IMG/VR virus record: IMGVR_UViG_3300030107_005396
From: an uncultured virus (IMG/VR IMGVR_UViG_3300030107_005396)
Taxonomy: Duplodnaviria; Heunggongvirae; Uroviricota; Caudoviricetes
DNA: 64,000 nt
Strand: one strand, 5' to 3'
Shown here: piece after piece, positions 50,320-57,360 of the stretch
How positions within the stretch are numbered: position 1 is the stretch's first letter
Layout: the number at the start of each line of letters is the position of its first letter
Notes under the pieces: generated by a model
What the model was told of the DNA's origin: nothing
The model's database searches: none
What the model saw: only the letters and a program-made list of their open reading frames with translations
Program-made: the position numbers and the translations under genes

Positions 50320-50544
50320 ATGTGGAAAGCCATTTTAGATAATATTAATGCACTCATCTTGCAAAACTGGAAAGGAATTTTTATGTTTGTGTTGGGTTGC
50401 CTCGCTGGAGTATTCTTACTTTCATGCTCAATGATTAACACCGCTATCGATAAAACTCAAGAAGTTGTTACTGATGGTGTTGAAGTAGTCACTGATGCCG
50501 TCGGTTTAACTGGCGACGAAGAAGAAGCTACAGAAAACGAATGA
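50320..50544 (+). CDS. small lipoprotein / membrane protein
   Basis: Hydrophobic segment ending in lipobox-like FLLS-C; TATATA upstream. Confidence 0.6.
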   Translation: MWKAILDNINALILQNWKGIFMFVLGCLAGVFLLSCSMINTAIDKTQEVVTDGVEVVTDAVGLTGDEEEATENE

Positions 50545-50996
50545 AATTCGTAGCAGGTTTACTGCTATTTGTGACAGCCGGTTGCTCCACTTTAGCCCCT
50601 ATAGGTGGTGGAGTAGCCGGTGCTGCACTTGGTGCTGCTGTTGCAGGACCCGGAGGAGCCGCAGCTGGCGCTGGTGTTGGGGTAGCCACAGCTCAAATGG
50701 CTTTTCCTAACGAGCAGGTTGATACTACCGTAGCCTTAGCCGCTGCGCAAGCAGGTATCCCAGCTCCCGGTACTACCGCTTCTACTCTTCATGAAGCGAC
50801 AAGCTTTATTCATGAGATAGGCTGGTGGTATCTTTTGATTTTCGTGCTGTTCCCGTTCATAACTAAACGAGGAAGAACTTGGATGAAGAAGTTTACTGAT
50901 ATACACAACACCGTTTCTCAGGCTGATATAGACGCCAGAGATGAAGAACAGGACGAACGCATCAGAAAGATTGAAGAAATGCTGGAGAAAAAATAA
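50541..50996 (+). CDS. lipoprotein with glycine zipper and C-terminal TM helix
   Basis: MKFVAGLLLFVTAG-C lipobox; GxxxG repeats; TM IGWWYLLIFVLFPFI; ATGA overlap. Confidence 0.7.
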   Translation: MKFVAGLLLFVTAGCSTLAPIGGGVAGAALGAAVAGPGGAAAGAGVGVATAQMAFPNEQVDTTVALAAAQAGIPAPGTTASTLHEATSFIHEIGWWYLLIFVLFPFITKRGRTWMKKFTDIHNTVSQADIDARDEEQDERIRKIEEMLEKK

Positions 50997-51013
50997 TACA
51001 TTTATTTTAAACC

Positions 51014-51033
51014 CCTCTAGATACATCTAGAGG
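51014..51033. repeat. 20-bp palindrome CCTCTAGAT-AC-ATCTAGAGG upstream of the head-assembly cluster
   Basis: Perfect 9-bp arms read directly from the sequence. Confidence 0.8.
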
Positions 51034-51050
51034 AAAACCTCACTATAATT

Positions 51051-51719
51051 ATGAAGTACATCATCAATGAAACCAACTCTTGCGGACAAGCGAGCTTGAC
51101 CGAAGCCCAGCGTAATTCCGTGCTACAATCTTTAGGTTATGAGGTTGAGGAAGAAACGCTAGAAGAAAATCAAATTTCTTTTGACGAACTATCGGCTAGA
51201 CGCGAAGAAGCAGACGCTCAAGATTCTGAGGATATGCCAACACTTTATGAGTGGGATGACTCAGTGTTTGCTCTTGATGATGAAGTATTTGAAATTGACG
51301 GTAACCTATTCTTAAAAGCTATTGAATTAGATGCTGATATTCGTATGGCTCTAGATGAGTCTCACGCCGACCTGTTTATTAACGAAGTTCGTTTTGACGA
51401 AGCTGAGTGGTCTTTAGGCGATATATATGACTACGGTGATGAAATCTTTATCGCTTTAAATGAAGGCGATAAGAAAGGTGACAAGTCTAAGGACAAGCCT
51501 GGTGACAAGCCTGACTACACTACTGATGCTCGCAAAGGCGACAAAGGTAAAGGCAAAGACAAGGATGATAAAGGTGATTTCGAAACTGGTATGCGCAAAG
51601 GTGACAAGTCTAATCAAAAAGACAAAGAAGGTGACAAGCCTGATTTCACTACTGACATGCGTAAAGGTGACAAGTCTAAAACTCACCCTGGACGCAAAGA
51701 TTTTGTAAAAAAAAAGTAG
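51051..51719 (+). CDS. probable prohead core / internal protein (acidic domain plus K/D/G repeats)
   Basis: IINE, LTE, LEE and LNE candidate protease sites; repeats GDKPD[YF]TTD[AM]RKGDK; first gene of the head cluster. Confidence 0.7.
   Translation: MKYIINETNSCGQASLTEAQRNSVLQSLGYEVEEETLEENQISFDELSARREEADAQDSEDMPTLYEWDDSVFALDDEVFEIDGNLFLKAIELDADIRMALDESHADLFINEVRFDEAEWSLGDIYDYGDEIFIALNEGDKKGDKSKDKPGDKPDYTTDARKGDKGKGKDKDDKGDFETGMRKGDKSNQKDKEGDKPDFTTDMRKGDKSKTHPGRKDFVKKK
51477..51680 (+). repeat. degenerate coding tandem repeats (KGDK / GDKPD-TTD-RKGDK)
   Basis: Recurrent GGTGACAAG(T/C)CT units in the DNA. Confidence 0.75.
51710..51716 (+). other. -1 frameshift / slippage site A AAA AAG within an A9 run
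   Basis: GTA AAA AAA AAG TAG; the -1 frame is open for 69 codons. Confidence 0.65.
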
Positions 51720-51925
51720 TTAAGGAAGAAGAGGACCCAAAAGCTAGGGTTCAACGTCAAATTGCTAACCTAGATACTTCTTCCCCTAAGGGACAGGAGA
51801 GAGCTAACTTCTTAAAAAGACGCCAACGTGCACAAGCGTTGGATAAGAAACGTCCAATAACCAAGCCACAAGCAGCTTCGGATGCTGCTGCTAAAGCTGC
51901 GGCTAAATCCCATGGAGACATGTAA
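51716..51925 (+). CDS. 69-aa frameshift extension of the 51051 protein (not in ORF track)
   Basis: VVKEEEDPKARVQRQIANLDTSSPKGQERANFLKRRQRAQALDKKRPITKPQAASDAAAKAAAKSHGDM*; its TAA overlaps the next ATG (TAATG). Confidence 0.65.
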   Translation, partial: VVKEEEDPKARVQRQIANLDTSSPKGQERANFLKRRQRAQALDKKRPITKPQAASDAAAKAAAKSHGDM

Positions 51926-52395
51926 TGAGTAAATCGTACGCAGAAATGGCAGACGACATTCTTAACGGGGCTCTTACTGACCCCGCTAAGAATCCCTATG
52001 ACCCGGCAACAGGACACCAAGCCTCTATGCCTGCGATGGACCCGAATGATAGATTAGTGGAGATGAACGATTCCCAAAGAAATCTTCTATTAGCTCACGC
52101 TGGCGTAGACGCTGAACCACTTAACGAAGCGGTTAGGGAAACCCCTCAACCTCAACCTCAAGTGGTTACTCCTCAGGAAGTCGATACTTTAAACGAAGCG
52201 TTACGAATTATCCAAAAAATTCAAGAGGCTACAACAGTAGGAAACCTTGGGGTTAACATGGCTGGTCCGAGTGGGGATGCTAAATCCGTAAAACTTCCGG
52301 GGGATACTAACACGTCCACCCCTAAAAAGCGAGTCAAAAAAAAGACTAACAAACAACCCCTAGGAAATGATTTTCTTTCCTATTTAAAAGCCTAA
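51925..52395 (+). CDS. probable prohead core protein
   Basis: Directly before the protease; LNE, LNE and IQE sites; shares EATTVGNLG with the capsid protein. Confidence 0.65.
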   Translation: MSKSYAEMADDILNGALTDPAKNPYDPATGHQASMPAMDPNDRLVEMNDSQRNLLLAHAGVDAEPLNEAVRETPQPQPQVVTPQEVDTLNEALRIIQKIQEATTVGNLGVNMAGPSGDAKSVKLPGDTNTSTPKKRVKKKTNKQPLGNDFLSYLKA

Positions 52396-52396
52396 C

Positions 52397-52996
52397 ATGT
52401 TATTAAGAGATTTCAACGATTTTCAACCGTTACAAATTCTAAGTGAAGCTAAAGGTACCAAGACTATGAAAGTCCGAGGAATCTTTAGTGAAGCTGAAAA
52501 GAAAAATGGTAACGGACGTATTTATGCCAAAACCCTTTTAGAAAGGGAAGTGCAAAAACTAGCCCCGCTTCTCGCTGAACGCAGATTATGCGGGGAACTG
52601 GACCATCCGAATGATGAGGTGGTACACCTTGCAAACGTATCTCATATCATTACCAATTTACAAATGGAGGGAAATAAGTTAATTGGAGAAGCAGAATTTT
52701 TGGATACACCATCTGGTCGAATATTGCAGGAACTTGCTAAAGCGGGAGTTCGTATTGGAATATCTTCTCGCGCTACTGGTTCTGTGGAGCATGACATGAA
52801 AGAAGATGCTTACATGGTGCAAGACAACTTACGTATGATTACCTGGGATATGGTAGCCGACCCCTCCTGCCAGAACGCATTTCCGCAGTTAGTCGAGCAT
52901 AAACAGCTTATGGAAAACCGTTCACAACTAGATTCCGCAGATGCACTCGTATCTGAAAGATTATATATTGAGGGATTAAGGAGACTTTTAGGCTAA
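52397..52996 (+). CDS. gp21: prohead core protease, T4 gp21-like
   Basis: NGNGRIY, GELDHP, VSHII, LDTPSGRIL, GISSRATGSV, DMVADPS. Confidence 0.96.
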   Translation: MLLRDFNDFQPLQILSEAKGTKTMKVRGIFSEAEKKNGNGRIYAKTLLEREVQKLAPLLAERRLCGELDHPNDEVVHLANVSHIITNLQMEGNKLIGEAEFLDTPSGRILQELAKAGVRIGISSRATGSVEHDMKEDAYMVQDNLRMITWDMVADPSCQNAFPQLVEHKQLMENRSQLDSADALVSERLYIEGLRRLLG

Positions 52997-53050
52997 AAAT
53001 AATGTATTTTTTCCCTAAGCCCAGTAGATATAAACAGTAGGAGTTTTTCC

Positions 53051-53635
53051 ATGAAAGATAAATTACAACAAATTGCCCAACTTCTTCCTGATGGATTTTC
53101 ACAGACCGGACTGGAGGAGGTTCGTGCTATTGTGGAAAGTGCCGTCGAGGAACGCGTGGCTGCAGAAGTAAAACTTCTGGAGACAAAAGTAAGTGGTTTT
53201 CTTCGCACCAAAATTGACAACCTTAAAGAGGTTGCTCGCGAAGAACTAGAAAGCAACGATGAAATATTACGCGGTTACCGCATGTACGAATCTATTCGTG
53301 CAATGGTAGCTAGCGAAGCAGAGGCTCAAGATGTAGACTCAACCGTCGCTAAACACGAAGCCACTATAGATGAATTACAAGAGAGCGTCAAAACTTTGAA
53401 TGAAAAGTTAGGAACCTCTCTTCAGCAAAACTCAATGCTTGTTGATAAAGTAGAGAGTTTGAACGAAGCAAACGAACAGTTGACTGAGAGCGCGAAATTA
53501 CCTTTCAAATCCTCGGAATCTGCCGTCGTAATTACTAACGAAACCGATTCGAGAGGTACTTCCCCGGAAGCCTCTAACAATATCTTCCTCACAGAAGATG
53601 TAATTAACCTTGCTCAGCAAGAAAAAATTAAATAA
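53051..53635 (+). CDS. gp22: prohead scaffolding protein, gp22-like
   Basis: Acidic coiled coil between protease and capsid genes; IVESAVEERV. Confidence 0.75.
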   Translation: MKDKLQQIAQLLPDGFSQTGLEEVRAIVESAVEERVAAEVKLLETKVSGFLRTKIDNLKEVAREELESNDEILRGYRMYESIRAMVASEAEAQDVDSTVAKHEATIDELQESVKTLNEKLGTSLQQNSMLVDKVESLNEANEQLTESAKLPFKSSESAVVITNETDSRGTSPEASNNIFLTEDVINLAQQEKIK

Positions 53636-53637
53636 TT

Positions 53638-55287
53638 ATGTTAAATCCTGAACAAACACGTTCTTTATGTGAGAAGTGGGAGCCTATCCTGGAAGGAATC
53701 ACCGATGACTCTACTCGTCAGATGACTGCCGTTCTTCTGGAGAACCAAGCAAAGAGTATTCTTACTGAGAACGCTCGTGAGCAAGGTACTCTTGAGGAAG
53801 CAACGACTGTCGGTAACCTCGGCACTTTCCAAAAATTCGCTTTCCCTCTCGTTCGCCGGGTATTCCCGGAACTGATTGCCAACAAGATTTGTGGCGTCCA
53901 GCCTATGCAAGGTCCTGTTTCCCAGATTTTCTATCTAGGTTACAACCGTGCTGGCAACAGCGGCTATTATGGCGGACCGCCGAACAACGAAGTTGTTTAC
54001 AGCCGTTACCGCATGGTATACGGAGGTCGCTTCGGTGAAACTCAAAGCAACATTGGTACTTTGGATAACAACCTAGGTTGGGCTGCTGGTAATGACGGTG
54101 GTGTATCTGGTAACTTCGCTTACTCTGGTCTTTCCGGTGGTAATATTACTACTTGGACCTCTGGTACTGCTGGTGGTAAGATTGCTGCTTTCCCAAATGA
54201 AAACTGGGTTGGTGCACAGTACTTCGTGTCTGCTGGCGAGCGTTTAACTGGCTCAGGTATTCCTGAAGTTAACTTCACTATTGAGCAACAAGCTGTAACT
54301 GCACGTACTCGTAAGTTCCGCGCCCTATGGACGTTGGAAGCTTCACAAGACCTTCGTGCTTATCACAACTTGGACCTTGAGCGTGAATTGACTGAGCTTC
54401 TTTCTAAGGAAGTTGCTTTGGAAATCGACCGTGAATTGGTAGAATCTTTACGTAACATCGCTTACGCGTGGGGCAATGGCTCTGCGATTGGTGGTGGCTT
54501 GTGGGATTATCAAAACCAAGGAAACTCCAACAGCTTCCCGAGTGACGGCGCCCCTGACGGCGGCCAAGGCACTGGGGCTACCATTAGTGCTCCTGGCTCG
54601 TTTACTTACGGCCAACCTGCGGGTAATGACCCAGTAGGTCAAGGACACGTATCTGGTGTTGTTGCAGGGTCTAACCCTGGTGAAACCACAGTGACAATGC
54701 CGACTGCAGAACAAGGTTCAAACGTGTTCTATGTAGACTTCGGTACTACTGCACTTGGATTAGCTCCTCGTCACGTTGGTGAAGTGTACAGTAACTTAGT
54801 TGCTGTCATTAACTTTGCTTCGCAAGACATCTACCGCACGACTCTACGGGGTGCCGCAAACTGGATTGTTTGTTCACCTTTCGTCGCTGCAATGCTACAA
54901 TCAGCTGCTAAACTAGAAGGCGGTATTGGTATGGACCAAGCTGGCCAGCTAGGTGCTACGATTGAGTATAAAGGTAAATGGATGGGACAGTATGACGTAT
55001 ATGTTGACCCGCTTTATCCTGAAGATGAAATCATGCTTGGTTACAAGGGTGGTTCTCCGATGGATGCAGGTTTTGTGTACGCTCCGTACATTCCGCTCCA
55101 AATGCTACCAACTATCACGGACCCAGAAACGTTCCAGCCAAGAAAAGGTTTAATCACTCGCTATGCGACTGCTCAGATTAACCCTGCTTCTAGGTTCTAT
55201 CGTATCATCCGTATCGTTGGCGCTGATAGCCGTTACCTAATCACTCCGTTCGCGAAGGCGGGACGTAGTGGGGATGCTCTTTACTAA
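53638..55287 (+). CDS. gp23: major capsid protein, T4 gp23-like
   Basis: KWEPILE, LLENQ, PLVRRVFP.LIA..ICGVQPM.GP, TARTRK, ELTELLS.E...EIDRE, YAPYIPL, FQPRKG..TRY. Confidence 0.98.
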   Translation: MLNPEQTRSLCEKWEPILEGITDDSTRQMTAVLLENQAKSILTENAREQGTLEEATTVGNLGTFQKFAFPLVRRVFPELIANKICGVQPMQGPVSQIFYLGYNRAGNSGYYGGPPNNEVVYSRYRMVYGGRFGETQSNIGTLDNNLGWAAGNDGGVSGNFAYSGLSGGNITTWTSGTAGGKIAAFPNENWVGAQYFVSAGERLTGSGIPEVNFTIEQQAVTARTRKFRALWTLEASQDLRAYHNLDLERELTELLSKEVALEIDRELVESLRNIAYAWGNGSAIGGGLWDYQNQGNSNSFPSDGAPDGGQGTGATISAPGSFTYGQPAGNDPVGQGHVSGVVAGSNPGETTVTMPTAEQGSNVFYVDFGTTALGLAPRHVGEVYSNLVAVINFASQDIYRTTLRGAANWIVCSPFVAAMLQSAAKLEGGIGMDQAGQLGATIEYKGKWMGQYDVYVDPLYPEDEIMLGYKGGSPMDAGFVYAPYIPLQMLPTITDPETFQPRKGLITRYATAQINPASRFYRIIRIVGADSRYLITPFAKAGRSGDALY

Positions 55288-55315
55288 TAAACTGTAAAGT
55301 TTAGCAGACTATAAA

Positions 55316-55346
55316 AAGAAGCCCAGCTGTTTTGGCTGGGCTTCTT
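55316..55346 (+). terminator. stem-loop terminator after the capsid gene
   Basis: AAGAAGCCCAGC-TGTTTTG-GCTGGGCTTCTT, perfect 12-bp stem. Confidence 0.85.
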
Positions 55347-55360
55347 CCATATATAAGTGT

Positions 55361-56242
55361 ATGGCGCAGAATCCCGTTAAACCCAATTTCGCATGGGGAC
55401 CATTTGTAGTGGACCGCTATGGCTCGGGGAGTAATACTTCCTCGTTCACCGCTCCGTCTGGAGATATCCCTTACGATTCTTTAAACCGACGTTACTTCTC
55501 TGAAAACGTTGAGTTTAATCGGTTTTATACTTTAATTAAGGATTTTGTAAAGTCTAGATTAGGTCATCCTGTAGTAAGGGTAGAGCTAGACGATTTTCAA
55601 ATTTTAACCGCAATTGATGAGGCTATTAGTAAGTTAGATTATCATTGTCCCGATTGGTGTACCCAGCTCGCAGCCTTCGCCACTCAAGCAAATGTTAATA
55701 TGTATGAATTACCTTCGTTTATGGTAAACAACTTTCGGTACTCCGCTTATAAGAAATCATTGTTGAGCGTTCCTTTGGCAGGACAAAGCCTAGAAATGGA
55801 TTTCTTTATTAAATATTTTCAAGACAACTTCTTATTTCAAGACTTTGCGGTCAGCGACTTCTTGTTATTGAAAATGCATCTCAAATCCATCCGCAAAATT
55901 TTGGGAAGGGAGGGGTCTTTTCAAATTGTAAATAACAAGTACTTGATGGTATACCCTACGCCCGCAACTGATGATGGAGAAGATGTGGTTATTGAATACA
56001 AATGTTTAAACTCTGACACACTCCATCATTATTTTATTAATTGGATTCAAAGATATGCCTTAGCTATATCCAAAGGTATTCTAGGGGAGATTAGGGGTAA
56101 GTATGCCACACTTCCATCCCCTCAAGGTGGAGCACAGCTAAACGGACCTGCTCTTATCGCTGAATCTCAAAGAGAATTGGAACTGCTGGAAAACCAATTG
56201 CTTCAAGAAATTGAAGAACCTGCTGTCTTTACTACGTACTAA
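55361..56242 (+). CDS. gp13: neck / head-tail adaptor, T4 gp13-like
   Basis: RLGHPVVRVELDDFQI..AIDEA, WIQRYALA..K.ILG..RGKY, GAQLNG. Confidence 0.9.
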   Translation: MAQNPVKPNFAWGPFVVDRYGSGSNTSSFTAPSGDIPYDSLNRRYFSENVEFNRFYTLIKDFVKSRLGHPVVRVELDDFQILTAIDEAISKLDYHCPDWCTQLAAFATQANVNMYELPSFMVNNFRYSAYKKSLLSVPLAGQSLEMDFFIKYFQDNFLFQDFAVSDFLLLKMHLKSIRKILGREGSFQIVNNKYLMVYPTPATDDGEDVVIEYKCLNSDTLHHYFINWIQRYALAISKGILGEIRGKYATLPSPQGGAQLNGPALIAESQRELELLENQLLQEIEEPAVFTTY

Positions 56243-57111
56243 TGACTCTACTTTCAGGTCCTCCGTATGGATATCATTATCCACCCGAAATCGATGGTGC
56301 TACTGCTGTCGAATATCAAGGGTTTAGAGTACCTAATATTTTTGATATCAAAAGACAGATTTTTGAAAGAGAAAACGCAAATTTTAGAACGTTACAGTTT
56401 TTTAGGGATACTTCCAAAGAGCTTCTTAGTTTATTAAGCACCGCTCAGATTCTCGGAGAGGATTTAAAAATAGCTCAAGTTCCTATATTTTATGCGAATT
56501 ATGAACGGGCAATAGCCAAATTATTTAAAAGTAGAAACCTAACCCTTCCTGTAATGTCGTTGGCTATTGCTGATACTGAAGAAGATGCGGATAGACGGCG
56601 TCCTAATTATGATATTGAGTTTTGGACCATCAAAGATGAAAAAACAAAGCGTTATACTCGGGTAGCCTCATTAGCTCCTAAGGCGGTGAATGTTTCGTAT
56701 CAATTATATTTATGGGCACGTTATACGGAGGATATGAATCAATTGGTAGAATATGTAATGGCTCAATTTAGACCGCACCTGAGAATAGAAACGAATTTTA
56801 ATACCAATGGACATGGATTCATTACCGCTGTATCTGATAATTCCACAGTAACGGCTCCTGACAGGGAAGATAGAGTTTTGAGGAAAACCGTTACTATTAA
56901 TGTAGAAAGCTATATGCCGACGAGACAGTATATGATTCAATCAAATGGAGCAATTACTGAAATGAATTATGAAACTACCGTTGACCCTGGGCTACCTTTT
57001 GATACAAGTGGAGGTCAAGGGGGTCCTCCGGCTGCATCTGCCACAGAAAACCTGGTGATTAAGCCTGGCTCAGGAACTTGGTATAATCCCAAAGACCCCG
57101 ATAACGCATAA
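56242..57111 (+). CDS. gp15: tail terminator / sheath stabilizer, gp15-like
   Basis: QVPIFYAN.ER, LPVMS, P.AVNVSYQL.LWARY.EDMNQLVE. Confidence 0.8.
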   Translation: MTLLSGPPYGYHYPPEIDGATAVEYQGFRVPNIFDIKRQIFERENANFRTLQFFRDTSKELLSLLSTAQILGEDLKIAQVPIFYANYERAIAKLFKSRNLTLPVMSLAIADTEEDADRRRPNYDIEFWTIKDEKTKRYTRVASLAPKAVNVSYQLYLWARYTEDMNQLVEYVMAQFRPHLRIETNFNTNGHGFITAVSDNSTVTAPDREDRVLRKTVTINVESYMPTRQYMIQSNGAITEMNYETTVDPGLPFDTSGGQGGPPAASATENLVIKPGSGTWYNPKDPDNA

Positions 57112-57175
57112 TTAAAAAGGTAAATAATTACACTTTCACGACGGTGATGTGCTAAATAATCATAGAGGAAGTGTA

Positions 57176-57352
57176 ATGAAAAATAAAACTATCATCAACG
57201 TTGCTGGGCAAGGATTAGAGATTATTCTCAAATCCGGCGGAGCATACAAACATATTCATCTTAATGCGGGGAGCTCGATTAGCGTCCCCGAAAAATCAAT
57301 CACAGATACTTGTCTGGAGCTTCAAAGGCGACAACTTCTTCAAATTCTATAA
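57176..57352 (+). CDS. small hypothetical protein (58 aa)
   Basis: CTAAATA (57152) and GAGG upstream of ATG 57176; the ORF track starts earlier at a GTG. Confidence 0.65.
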   Translation: MKNKTIINVAGQGLEIILKSGGAYKHIHLNAGSSISVPEKSITDTCLELQRRQLLQIL

Positions 57353-57360
57353 GGTAAAAA

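Noticed and set aside
51456..52020. ORFs 51456..51686(-), 51460..51708(+) and 51757..52020(-)
   Set aside because: Shadow frames of the repeat region and of the frameshift extension
52144..52161. (CCTCAA)x3 microrepeat
   Set aside because: Only encodes a PQPQPQ linker
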